Assembly: GCA_038087875.1 (NCBI GenBank)
Contig: JAXLNO010000385.1
Span: 496,001-560,000 of the forward strand
Length of the DNA stretch: 64,000 nucleotides
Direction of reading: 5' to 3'
DNA from: Malacoraja senta
Lineage: Eukaryota
Shown: positions 19,656-31,727 of the stretch, piece after piece
How positions within the stretch are numbered: position 1 is the first letter of the stretch
Layout of the letters: each line of letters starts with the position of its first letter
The notes under the pieces: generated by a model
Told to the model about the DNA's origin: nothing
Databases searched by the model: none
The model's input: the letters and a program-made list of their open reading frames with translations, nothing else
Position numbers and translations under genes: made by a program

Positions 19656-20205
19656 AATATTTCAGCATCCCTTGCAATATCAGTGATGTCATGGTATGAA
19701 TTATGATTTATTTTTGGGGGAAAAAACAAAAGTGGAATGGTAGATGGGTTCACTGGAGATGTCCATCGAAATCACACCAACATTAAATGAAATAACACAG
19801 TGTCATGGACCATTCTTTCACTGGAAAGCATAAATTCTTGTTTTCAGTGAAAAATACACAAAGTGCTGGTGTAACAGAGGGTCAGTCAACAATTTTGGAG
19901 AACGTGTATAGGTGACGTTTCGGATAGTGACCATTCTTCAGGCTCTGTTTTCAACGACTCGCTTCGTGTGTTTTTTACTCGATCCTTAAATTATTCGCTT
20001 GTCATCTCCCATGGTGGAGTCAATGGCTGTGGCGCAAGGTGTTTGTTCCGTGAGTGTCACTAATGTCAATCAGAAGGTATGAGGTCATGTCGCTGGAGAC
20101 CCATCTATCGCTCTATATATCTCGGTGCCCACCAGAAGGTATCGCCACAGAGCTACAGCGATGACGGACTGACGGAGCCACATGAGTTAATTGTGTCTTC
20201 CAGCT

Positions 20206-20275
20206 ATGGGACATCAATTGATCTATCGAATTCAAGATATATATCACCCTACAATAGCGGCTGTCGCTGTTTTCG
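20206..20275 (+). CDS. GPR139/GPR142-like GPCR copy A, coding exon 1 (MGHQLIYRIQDIYHPTIAAVAVF + G)
   Basis: ATG at 20206; 23 codons plus 1 nt, then donor GTAAT at 20276; phase 1 matches the acceptor at 21771 (G|TG = Val) and completes TM1. Not present in the ORF track. Confidence 0.85.
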
Positions 20276-20962
20276 GTAATTTGGTTTGTCTCTGATTTTC
20301 ATGTACGCGCATTAGCTGTGAGACATTCCGTACACTCCGGCGGTGCCGACGTTAAACAAACATTGTTTGTGTATCAATAATTCACTTGTTTAATTTGGTT
20401 AGACATCCATGTTCCTACTGCAACTGCCGCAATGTATACGTCATGCCCCTTGTTTATCCTGGCCTGGATCACTGTCTGTACTGATCGCGCCGGCCAGAGC
20501 CCTGACAAGCGAGCAGGTACCAGATAATCACACCCTGGTATGTTGGTCAGGAGCTGTGAGAAAGGCAACTTGGGTTCCTTCCGTGGAGAGTCTGAAACGT
20601 GTTAGTGAAATGGCATGTGTTCCCAATCGGACAAACCTGCTTAACTGAATTTATAATCGATATATTCTCTGCACTCGTCGCTGCGTGAAGCGTAGTCCCG
20701 CGTTAGACCTGTAATGCTACAGCTCATGAGATAAAGCAAGTGAATGTCACGAGCTGGGATCTGACTCTATGAAGGTGTCACGACTTTACTATGATGTAAA
20801 CTCAGATGTTAACTCAGATGTAAACAGATGCTGTCACGTAATTTTATATCAGTTAATGTTATGTATTTTGATATCTTCTCCTTCGGACGATCTGTAAATT
20901 CGAATTATATCCGCAGATGTATCTGTACATCTTCGCCATCGTGCCACAGTCAGTACTGCCTG

Positions 20963-21338
20963 CATGGGCGGAAATTCTAGGGAGGGACGGGAGCACCCCC
21001 CCCCCCCCCCCCGGTGCTTTGAGAGGTGGGGGACAATCCCACTTATGTTTTGTAATCCGGAATTTATCAGAAGCTTTCTAAGGTCCGAACCGGCCAGTTC
21101 GCGGGTGCTTTCATCGCCCAGCGCGGCACAAAATCAACCTGCTGCATCCAGGCGATCGAGGCTCCCCATGTTGAAGCCCCCGCCGGCCGATGAAAGGCCC
21201 CGCGAACGGGCCGATTCAAGCCCCACCATTCGGGGCGGACGAAGCTGCTGTTGCTGGAGTCGGTCACCAACCAGGTCAGCTTCCGATGTCACCGTCCCCA
21301 CCCCCCCCCCCATGTTTTGATAGCGATTTCCTTGCCTG
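20963..21338. mobile_element. hAT-like MITE in the GPCR intron
   Basis: Imperfect TIRs CATGGGCGGAAAT / ATTTCCTTGCCTG; 8-bp flanks ACTGCCTG (20955-20962) and ACTGCCGG (21339-21346), a 7/8 match. Confidence 0.6.
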
Positions 21339-21771
21339 ACTGCCGGTGTCACACAGTTTCGGCGACGCAGGTTCAATCTCCACCCTCCCGTGCTTTATGA
21401 GCAATGTTTCATCGTAAGTCTTCCGACTCCACGCTAATCTTGTCTGTGCGCATGTTTCCTCCCACATGCAATTGACCTGCCTATTAATAGTTTCTGTAAC
21501 TACTGTCCATGGGACAGTGTAGATGGATGCTACAATCTGGAGACAGTTCAGAAGAATGTGGGCAGTATTAAAAGCTGTGAACGTAATATACATTGGTGTT
21601 GATGAGATGCGTGGACACCGTGGTCCAAAGGCTGTAGTCTCTGAACGTGGTCTGGGCTAAAGGTCATTTGGTCAACCAAATTTGAAGTTTGAAAACCTTC
21701 CAATCAGACAATGTCCCTCAGATACTTTTGTGCGGGGCTTATGTCAGTAATATCTCTTCTCTCTCTCACAG

Positions 21772-22676
21772 TGAACTTGTTGGCGATTGTGATTCTCTGT
21801 CGAGGTAAATGCGGTCTCTCCAAATGCATCACTGTCTACCTGGTGGCCATGGCAGCGTCTGATCTCCTGGTCGGCATCACCGATCCGTTTCTCCGTAAGA
21901 CTATTCGAATTTACTTCCCGTATTCTTTGCTGAGCATTACTCCCGTGTGCACGACTATCTCATTCCTGGTCTTTGCATCCACCGCTGTCTCTGTCTGGCT
22001 GACGGTCGCCTTCACCTTCGATCGGTTTGTGGCTATTTGTTGTGAGAAGCTGAAAACAAGATATTGCACTGAGAGAACGGCGGCTGTGATTATCGGGGCA
22101 GTGAGTGTGCTGGGCTGTTTAGAGAGCGTCCCCCGGTGTTTTGCGATAGAACCTGGCTACGTGTTTGATAATCTTCCCTGGCGTTGCTACATCAAACCCA
22201 CCGTCTATACGTCGTCTGCATGGATCGCATATAATGTCACACACCGCGTTCTAACCCCTTGTATCCCGTTCTTTCTGATCCTACTGCTCAATGTGCTGAC
22301 GGTCAGGCGGATTGTGGCGGCCAGCAGAGTCCGCAGGGGGCTCCGGGGAAAAAGCAACGGAGAGAATGACAAGGACCCGGAGATGGAGAACCGCAGGAAA
22401 TCCATTGTTTTACTCTTCAGTATCACGGCCACATTCGTCCTGCTGTGGGCAACACAGGCCATATTTGTCATCTTTACGGGTATTGCGAAGGTGCGAGTTG
22501 ACAGCTCCCCCACCGGTTATTACTATATCACAATGGTCACGTCGGGGTTCCTGCAGCTGCTCAGTACCTGCACCAACACGTGTATTTACGTGGTGACCCA
22601 GAGTAAATTCAGGGCTGAGCTGATCAACGCGGTTAAATTCCCAGTGAGTGCAATTCGTGCACTTGTACGTCCGTGA
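21772..22676 (+). CDS. GPR139/GPR142-like GPCR copy A, exon 2 (spliced protein 324 aa)
   Basis: Polypyrimidine tract and ACAG acceptor (AG 21770-21771); TM1 Asn, LVAMAASD (TM2), FTFDRFVAIC (TM3), Cys pair at TM3/ECL2, FVLLWATQ (TM6), NTCIY (TM7); open frame to TGA. Looks like a lineage paralog rather than the GPR139 ortholog. Confidence 0.92.
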
Positions 22677-22971
22677 CCCTCTGATCCACGCCGATAGTTC
22701 AACATACATTTGCTCCCATCAGTGTTTGTCCTCCCAATATTCCCATTCAACTGCTCAGAATCTCCACTACGCACATACTCACACGGAACAGCTTGCAATG
22801 GCCATTTGAACCAGCACTCGTAGAAGTTATAGAATCATACATCACTGAATCTGTCACTTTGGCTCAATTCGTCTCTGCTATCCGAGATGCGCCGTCAACG
22901 CGAGTCCGATTTGCCCGCGATTCCCCGACATTCATTTTAACCTTTCCTATAAATGCACCCGTCCAATCACC

Positions 22972-23353
22972 CTAACGGGCTTGCCCCCTCCTGTATCAAA
23001 AATCTTCTAACCCACCATTCTACCTCCAGGTCCGTCAGGTCGGCCGACTTGGGGCTACTGACTATCTCGCGGTCTAGGTTTAAGCTCAGGGGTGACCGCG
23101 CTTTTGCGGTTGCAGCACCTAGACTGTGGAACAGCATCCCTCTCCTCATCAGAAATACCCCCGCCATCGACTTCTTTTAATCGAGGCTCAACACCTATTT
23201 CTACCCAATAGCGTTTTTGAGGCCCTCTGAGGGGGCGCTGTAAACAGTTTGTGTATGTATTGTTAGCTCTGTGTACCATTGTATGTAGCACATTAGTATC
23301 TGCTCTGGTCTACAGCACTTTGGTCAACGAGACTTGATATTAAATGTGCTATA
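22972..23353 (+). mobile_element. L2 LINE 3' fragment
   Basis: LAPS...RSVRSAD...GDRAFAVAAPRLWNS motif; 3' end ...TAAATGTGCTATA is cut short here but complete in the mirror copy. Confidence 0.85.
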
Positions 23354-23354
23354 T

Positions 23355-23566
23355 GTTTTCTTCTCGTTTAAACGTGTTGAAAAATCTTCACGAGTCTTCA
23401 CGAGCTTACCGCGTTTCCCGAGTACCTGCCGTTATCGGTACGAGCCGTTAAGAGACGTCCCCGAGCTCCGACGTACCGGCTACGTACATTCTACGTGCTT
23501 ACCACGAGTTTGATTTTTTTCCACTCGGGAGAGCTCTTGAATTACCTCGTACAGTGGGACAGGCAC
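23355..23566. mobile_element. Possible Harbinger-type MITE end fragment
   Basis: ACGAG-rich subrepeats ending CTCGTACAGTGGGACAGGC (reverse complement GCCTGTCCCACTGTACGAG), recalled as a DNA-transposon TIR; only one end seen. Confidence 0.4.
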
Positions 23567-24009
23567 TGGCACACTTCGCGCTATGACATACCTTTTCTGT
23601 CGTTAGTTGACGGCTGCATTTCTCGTCATATCTGACGACGTTAGATTTGCCGCAGATGATCTGAAGCCGACGTAAACAATGCGTGGAAAACACAAATTGA
23701 TGGAGCAAATCTGCGAGTCGAGCAGAAACTGTGCAGGGAATGGACAGACGGCGTTTTGTATCGGAACCGCGAAGATCTGGGGGAATAGCCCATCGAGAAA
23801 CAACGCCTGTCTATCCGCATCACAAATGCTGTCTGACCCATTGAGTACTGAACTGCCCCCCGCTGCAGGATGCAAAGGACTTGGAGAGGGCGTTGAAATG
23901 TTAGCATGTTGGTGAAAATGCAAAGGCTGGATGGAAGAGGGCAAAGTTCAGTTGAGATGTGTGGGGCATGTTTCTATATGTAGAGGGTGACCGATGCCTG
24001 AATTTTATT

Positions 24010-24274
24010 AGACCGGAGACGAGGAAGCACTTTTTCTCACTGAGAGTGGTGAGTCTGTGGAATTCTCTGCCTCCGAGGGCGGTGGAGGCCGGTTCTCTGG
24101 AATCTTTCAAGAGAGAGATAGATAGGTTTCTTAAAAATAGCGGAGTCAGGGAATATGGGGAGAAGGCAGGAACGGGGTACTGATTGGGGATGATCAGCCA
24201 TGATCACATTGAATGGCGGTGTTGGCTCGAAGGGCCAAATGGCCTGCTCCTGCACCTATTGTCTATTGTCTATT
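24010..24274 (+). mobile_element. CR1 3' fragment
   Basis: RKHFFSLRVVSLWNSLP motif and CCTGCACCTATTGTCTATTGTCTAT tail. Confidence 0.85.
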
Positions 24275-24818
24275 GAAATGTTCTTCTCGTGTCGGTTGTG
24301 GAGGCTGTTAGTATCAATGGAGTTTATGAGGCATTTGTATGGGCATGTGGATATGCAAAAACCTGAGAGATCTCCATCAATTTCAGTAAGCAGATTACAT
24401 TAATTTATGTTGACATCATTTTCGACCCAGACTTTGCCTTTCCCTGTGTTGCATAGAAACATAGAAAATAGGTGCAGGAGGAGGCCATTCGGCCCTTTGA
24501 GCCAGCACCGCCATTCATTGTGATCATGGCTGATCATCCCCAATCAATCCCATAGTGGTACATGTCTATATTCGATACATAAGTACACAAGATATTGTTA
24601 AGAAAATAATACCATGGTGCAGAATGCAGATTTGCGTTTATTATTCTTGTGTGCACTGCGTTAAATCGAAAAGGTTTTTTTTTTTACCCGTTATTGGATC
24701 AAAAAAAGCTGTACAATAAATAAACACAATCATATCAAAAACAAGATAATTTGATCGAGGAAGAGGGAAGATTGTTAGAATCTAGTCCTTCGCATTGCAG
24801 CGCATTAGCCCCATAGAA

Positions 24819-25150
24819 GGGCGGTCATGGTGGTGCAGCGGTAGAGTTGCTGCCTTACAGCGAATGCAGCGCGGAGACCCGGGTTCGATCCCGACTACGG
24901 GTGCTGTCTAGACGGAGTTTGTACCTTCTCCCCGTTACCTGCGTGGGTTTTCTCCGAGATCTTCGGTATCCTCCCACACTCCAAAGAGGTACAGGTTTTT
25001 AGGTTAATTGACTTGGGGAAAATGTAAAAATGGTCCCTAGTGGGAGTAGAATAGTGTTAATGTGCGGGGATCGCTGGTCGGCGCCGACCCGGTGGGCCGA
25101 AGGGCCTGTTTCTGGGCTGCATCTCTAAAACTAAAACTAAATAAAACTAA
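24819..25150 (+). mobile_element. tRNA-derived V-SINE (HE1-like, elasmobranch)
   Basis: A-box TGGTGCAGCGG and B-box GGTTCGATCCC; V-domain GGAGTTTG..CCTTCTCCCC..CTGCGTGGGTTTTCTCCG..CCTCCCACACTCCAAAGA; LINE-like tail GGGCCGAAGGGCCTGTTTC followed by (CTAAAA)n. Confidence 0.9.
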
Positions 25151-25169
25151 AGACAAAGTCAGCTGTCCA

Positions 25170-25560
25170 CGTTGGGGAAGTGGTTAATCGCGTACTCATG
25201 GCTTGTGGAAGGACCGTCAGGAAACATAATAGCAGATGGGAAAAGAGGTTTCTTAGTGTGGTGCGCGCGTTCAGGCCTCTGTACCTTTAGCCGGACGGGG
25301 GCAGCGAGGATGCGTGGATGTTTATTTTCCATGTCGTCGAATTTGAGGAAGGATTTGGTTTTAGCTATTGTACGAAGCTGGAAGAATCCAACTTCTACCA
25401 CAGCGTTGACTTCCTTGTCAAACTTCAATGCGGAGTCAAATATCACGCCAAGTTTTTTGACATGCGATTTGACTAAGGAGGTTAGGCATCCAAGGCTGCC
25501 TGCTATCGTTTTGATGGAGTCAGACTTGGTAATCATTGGTAATATTAATTCCAAGGAACT
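25170..25560 (-). mobile_element. Rex1/Babar-like 3' fragment (~25170-25290) and L2 RT fragment (~25320-25560)
   Basis: Minus-strand peptides resembling RYRGLNART.LRN.FPSAI and VKKLGVIFDSALKFDKEVNAVVEVGFFQLRTIAK. Confidence 0.6.
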
Positions 25561-25594
25561 TGAAGATCTTAACCATTTCTTATTGAGCAGGCGA

Positions 25595-25709
25595 ATCTAT
25601 CTATCTATCTATCTGTCTATCTATCTATCTGTCTATCTATCTATCTGTCTATCTATCTGTCTATCTATCTGTCTCTCAATCTGTCCCTCTCTGTCTCTCT
25701 ATCTGTCTC

Positions 25710-25801
<92 letters not shown>

Positions 25802-25819
25802 CCTATCTATCTATCTATA

Positions 25820-25855
<36 letters not shown>

Positions 25856-25856
25856 C

Positions 25857-25920
<64 letters not shown>

Positions 25921-26101
25921 CTCTCTATCTATCTCTCTATCTATCCATCCATCTATCTATCTATCTAACTATCTCTCTACCTCTCTATCTCTCTCTATCT
26001 CTCTAGCTGTCCACCTCTATCCCTCTATCTCTATCTATCTATCTATCTATCTGTCTCTCTATCTCTATCTCTCTATCTCTCTAGCTCTCCATCTCTATCT
26101 C
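25595..26101. repeat. (TCTA)n microsatellite
   Basis: Direct reading. Confidence 0.97.
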
Positions 26102-28575
26102 AATGAGATGAGAAAAACATTTTCACACAGAGAGTCGTGAATCTGTGGAATTCTCTGCCACAGAAGGTAGTTGAGGCCGGTTCATTGGCTATATTTAAGA
26201 GGGAGTTAGACGTGGCCCTTGTGGCTAAAGGGATCAGGGGGTATGGAGAGAAGGCAGGTACAGGATACTGAGTTGGATGATCAGCCATGATCATATTGAA
26301 TGGCGGTGCAGGCTCGAAGGGCCGAATGGCCTACTCCTGCACCTATTTTCTATGTTTCTATGTTTCTATGTTTCTATGCTGCTGCACCCGCTGAGTTTCT
26401 CCAGCATTTTTGTCTACCTGTAATCTCAAATGTGCTCTGTCTGTCATCGGCCTCCCCAGTTGTAGCCCCACAGCGGACACACAACTGACTGCACAATAGT
26501 GGCGACACTATATTGGGTGGTGTTGTTACTAACAACGGAGGCCCTTCGGTCATCTCCCTCGCAAGTGTCCAACAGGTGCTTGCTTCACTGTCCTCAAACT
26601 GAACTACAGCCCGGAAATCCGAGGAATTAAACATCAATAGGTGTCTAATTTTCTCAAAGGGGCAGAGTAAACAACAAAATAATATATATTAAAAATAATA
26701 TAACTGCCTGTCAAATAGGTTGTTCATTTTTAAATATCCCTGACCATTGAAGTGTTTCTTTCAGTCTCTATGTGTCCCAGATATACACATCACAGGGGGA
26801 GAAATACTCTCTTAAATTAATTGATATATAGGCACAGAAATACATAGAAACATAGAAACATAGACAATAGGTGCAGGAGGAGGCCATTTGGCCCTTCGAG
26901 CCAATACCGCCATTCATTGTGATCATGGCTGATCGTCCCCTATCAATAACCCGTGCCTGCCTTCTCCCCATATTCCTTGACTCCACTAGCCCCTAGAGCT
27001 CTATCTAACTCTCTCTTAAATCCATCCAGTGACTTGGTCTCCACTGCCCTCTGTGGCAGGGAATTCCACAAATTCACAACTCTCTGGGTGAAAACGTTTT
27101 TTTCACCTCAGTCTTAAATGGCCGCCCCTTTATTCTAAGACTGTGTGTGGCCCCTGGTTCTGGACTTGCCCAACATTGGGAACATTTTTCCTGCATCTAG
27201 CTTGTCCAGTCCTTTTATAATTTTATATGTTTCTATAAGATCTCCCCTCATCCTTCTAAACTCCAGTGAATACAAGTCCAGTCTTTTCAAATTTTCTTCC
27301 TATGACAGTCCCGCCATCCCAGGGATTAATCTGGTGAACCTACGCTGCACTGCCTCAATCACAAGGATGTCCTTCCTCAAATTAGGAGACCAAAACTGTA
27401 CACAATACTCCAGATGTGGTCTTACCAGAGCCCTATACAACTGGAGAAGAACCTCTTTACTCCTATACTGAAATCCTCTTGTTATGAAGGCCAACATTCC
27501 ATTAGCTTTCTTCACTGCCTGCTGTACCTGCACGCCAACTTTTAAGTGACCGGTGTACAAGGACACCCAGGTCTCGCTGCACCTCCCCCTTACCTAACCT
27601 AACCCCATTGAGATAATAATCTGCCCCCCCCTTGTTCACTCTCGGAGCTATGTGTAAGTTTGTCTTGAAAACATTCTGTTAATTGGCCCCCCCACAGTCT
27701 TATGTCAGGGATGGCAGGACTTTCATATGAAGAAAGACTGGATAGACTCGGCTTGTACTCGCTAGAATTTAGAAGATTGAGCGGGGATCTTATAGAAATT
27801 TGCAAAATTCTTAAGGGGTTGGACAGGCTAGATGCAGGAAGATTGTTCCCGATGTTGGGGAAGTCCAGAACAAGGGGTCACAGTTTTAAGGATAAGGGGG
27901 AAATCTTTTAGGACCAAGATGAGAAAAACATTTTTCACACAGAGAGTGGTGAATCTGTGGAATTCTCTGCCACAGAAGGTAGTTGAGGCCATCATTGGCT
28001 ATATTTAAGAGGGAGTTAGATGTAGCCCTTGTGGCTAAAGGGATCAGGGGGTATGGAGAGAAGGCAGGTACAGGATACTGAGTTGGATGATCAGCCATGA
28101 TCATATTGAAAGGCGGTGCAGGCTCGAAGGGCCGAATGGCCTGCTCCTGCACTTATTTTCTATGTTTCTATGTTATGTGGCAGAGAATTCCACAGACTCA
28201 CAATTCATTGGGTGAAAACGTTTTTCCTCATCTCATTCCTAAATCGCCTACCCCTTATTCTTAAACTGTGACCTCCTGGTTCTGGACTCCCCCAACATCT
28301 GGAACATTTTTCCGCATCTCGCCTGCCCAATCCTTTAAGAATTTTATATGTTTCGAACAGATGGCCTCTCATCCTTCCAAATTCCAGTGTATATTACCCC
28401 AGTCAATCCATTATTTCATCATATATCAGGGATATGGTTATCAATGGAACAAATACAAGTGAATGAGATTAACGTAGATAGACATCTCGATCTGCATGGA
28501 TGAGTCGGGCCGAAGGGCCAGTTTCCGTGCTGTTTCCATGATCATTTGACACACCACTGGAATCACCGGTTCTGT

Positions 28576-29593
28576 AAGCGGAGGCTTGGCGATCGTTTAG
28601 CCGACCACCTCCGCTCGGTCCGCAATAACCAACCTGACCTCCCGGTGGCTCAGCACTTCAACTCCCCCTCCCATTCCGTATCCGACCTTTCTGTCCTGGG
28701 CCTCCTCCATGACCAGAGCGAGCAACACCGGAAATTGGAGGAACAGCACCTCATATTCCGCTTGGGGAGTCTGCATCCTGGGGGGCATGAACATTGAATT
28801 CTCCCAATTTTGTTAGCCCTTGCTGTCTCCTCCCCTTCCCAGCTCTCCCTCAGCCCTCGGGCACCTCCTCCGCCTTTTTCCTTTCTTAACCCCCACCCCC
28901 TATCAGTCTGAAGAATGGTTTCGCCCCAAAACGTTGCCTATTTCCTTCACTCCATAGATGAGACCACACGTGGAGTATTGCGCACAGTTTTGGTCTCCTA
29001 ATCTGAGGAAAGACATTCTTGCCATAGAGGGAGTACAGAGAAGGTTCACCAGACTGATTCCTGGGATGTCAGGACTTTCATATGAAGAAAGACTGGATAG
29101 ACTCGGCTTGTACTCGCTGGAATTTTTGAAGACTGAGGGGGGATCTTATAGACACTTACAAAATTCTTAAGGGTTTGGACAGGCTAGATGTAGGAAGATT
29201 GTTCCCGATGTTGGGGAAGTCCAGGACAAGGGGTCACAGTTTAAGGATAAAGGGGAAATCTTTTAGGACTGAGATGAGAAAAACATTTTTTACACAGAGA
29301 GTGGTGAATCTGTGGAATTCTCTGCCACAGAAGGTAATTGAGGCCAGTTCATTGGCTATATTTAAGAGGGAGTTAGATGTGGCCCTTGTGGCTAAAGGGA
29401 TCAGGGGGTATGGAGAGAAGGCAGGTACAGGATATTGAGTTGATGATCAGCCATGCTCGTATTGAATGGTGGTGCAGGCTCGAAGGGCCGAATGGCCTAC
29501 TCCTGCACCTATTGTCTATGTTTCTATGTTTCTATGTTTCTATGTTTCTATGCTGCTGCACCCGCTGAGTTTCTCCAGCATTTTTGTCTACCT
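28576..29593 (+). mobile_element. Penelope-like element 3' remnant (GIY-YIG C-terminus) interrupted by a CR1 (~28958-29551)
   Basis: KRRLGDR..HLRSV...LPVAQHFN...RKLEEQHLIFRLGSL.P.G.NIEF; tail ...CTCCATAGATG resumes as ATGCTGC...GAGTTTCTCCAGCATTTTTGTC after the CR1. Confidence 0.85.
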
Positions 29594-31727
29594 GTAATCT
29601 CAAATGTGCTCTGTCTGTCATCGGCCTCCCCAGTTGTAGCCACACAGCGGACACACAACTGACTGCACAACAGTGGCGACACTATATTGGGTGGTGGTGT
29701 TACTAACAACGAGGCCCATCGGTCATCTCCCTCGCAAGTGTCCAACAGGTGCTTGCTTCACTGTCCTCAAACTGAAGTACAGCCTGGAAATCCGAGGAAT
29801 TAAACATCAATAGGTGTCTAATTATCTCAAAGGGGCAGAGTGAACAACAAAATAATATATATTAAAAATAATATAACTGCCTGTCAAATAGGTTGTTCAT
29901 TTTTAAATATCCCTGATCATTGAAGTGTTTCTTTCAGTCTCTATGTGTCCCAGATATACACATCACAGAGGGAGAAATACTCTCTTAAATTAATTGATAT
30001 ATAGGCACAGAAATACATAGAAACATAGAAACATAGACAATAGGTGCAGGAGGAGGCCATTTGGCCCTTCGAGCCAACACCGACATTCATTGTGATCATG
30101 GCTGATCGTCCCCTATCAATAACACGTGCCTGCCTTCTCCCCATATCCCTTGACTCCACTAGCCCCTAGAGCTCTATCTAACTCTCTCTTAAATCCATCC
30201 AGTGACTTGGCCTCCACTGCCCTCTGTGGCAGAGAATTCCACAAATTCACAACTCTCTGGGTGAAAAGTTTTTTTTCTCACCTCAGTCTTAAATGGCCTC
30301 CCCTTTATTCTAAGACTGTGTGTGGCCCCTGGTTCTGGACTCGCCCAACATTGGGAATTTTTTTCCTGCATCTAGCTTGTCCAGTCCTTTTATGATGTTA
30401 TATGTTTCTATAAGATATCCCCTCATCCTTCTAAACTCCAGTGAATACAAGCCCAGTCTTTTCAATCTTTCCTCATATGACAGTCCCGCCATCCCAGGGA
30501 CCAATCTGGTGAACCTACGCTGCACTGCCTCAATCACAAGGATGTCCTTCCTCAAATTAGGAGACCAAAACTGTACACAATACTCCAGATGTGGTCTCAC
30601 CAGAGCCCTATACAACTGCAGAAGAACCTCTTTACTCCTATACTGAAGTCCTCTTGTTATGAAGGCCAACATCCCATTAGCTTTCTTCACTACCTGCTGT
30701 ACCTGCACGCCAACTTTCAGTGACCAGTGTACACCCAGGTCTCGCTGTACACCCCCTTATCTAACCTAACCCCATTGAGATAATAACCTGCCCCCTTGTT
30801 CACTCTCGGAGCTAAGTGTAAATTTCTCTTGAAAACATTCAGTTAATTGGCCCCCCACAGTCTTATGTCAGGGATGGCAGGACTTTCATATGAAGAAACT
30901 GGATAGACACGGCTTGTACTCGCTAGAATTTAGAAGATCTTATAGAAACTTACAAAATTCTTAAGGGGTTGGACAGGCTAGATGCAGGAAGATTGTTCCC
31001 GATGTTGGGGAAGTCCAGAACAAGGGGTCACAGTTTTAAGGATAAGGGGGAAATCTTTTAGGACCGAGATGAGAAAAACATTTTTCACACAGAGAGTGGT
31101 GAATCTGTGGAATTCTCTGCCACAGAAGGTAGTTGAGGCCAGTTCATTGGCTATATTTAAGAGGGAGTTAGATGTAGCCCTTGTGGCTAAAGGGATGAGG
31201 GGGTATGGAGAGAAGGCAGGTACAGGATACTGAGTTGGATGATCAGCCATGATCATATTGAATGGCGGTGCAGGCTCGAAGGGCCGAATGGCCTGCTCCT
31301 GCACCTATTTTCTATGTTTCTATGTTATGTGGCAGAGAATTCCACAGACTCACAACTCACTGGGTGAAAACGTTTTTCCTCATCTCAGTCCTAAATCGCC
31401 TACCCCTTATTCTTAAACTGTGACCTCCTGGTTCTGGACTCCCCTAACATCTGGAACATTTTTCCGCATCTCGCCTGCCCAATCCTTTAAGAATTTTATA
31501 TGTTTCGAACAGATGGCCTCTCATCCTTCCAAATTCCAGTGCATATTACCCCAGTCAATCCATTATTTCATCATATATTAGGGATATGGGTATGAATGGA
31601 ACAAATACAAGTGAATGAGATTAACATAGATAGACATCTCGATCTGCATCGATGAGTCGGGCCGAAGGGCCTCTTTCCGTGCTGTTTCCATGATCATTTG
31701 ACACACCACTGGAATCACCGGTTCTGT

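Noticed and set aside
20111..20121. TATATAT about 90 bp upstream of the GPCR ATG as a promoter
   Set aside because: Plausible but unsupported without a transcription start; an upstream non-coding exon is equally possible.
21711..21771. N-terminus MSLRYFCAGLMSVISLLSLT of the GPCR ORF (mirror 56021-56081)
   Set aside because: Contains the polypyrimidine tract and acceptor; a better phase-matched exon exists upstream.
24819..24900. tRNA gene
   Set aside because: The A and B boxes belong to the SINE head and continue into the V-domain and LINE-like tail.
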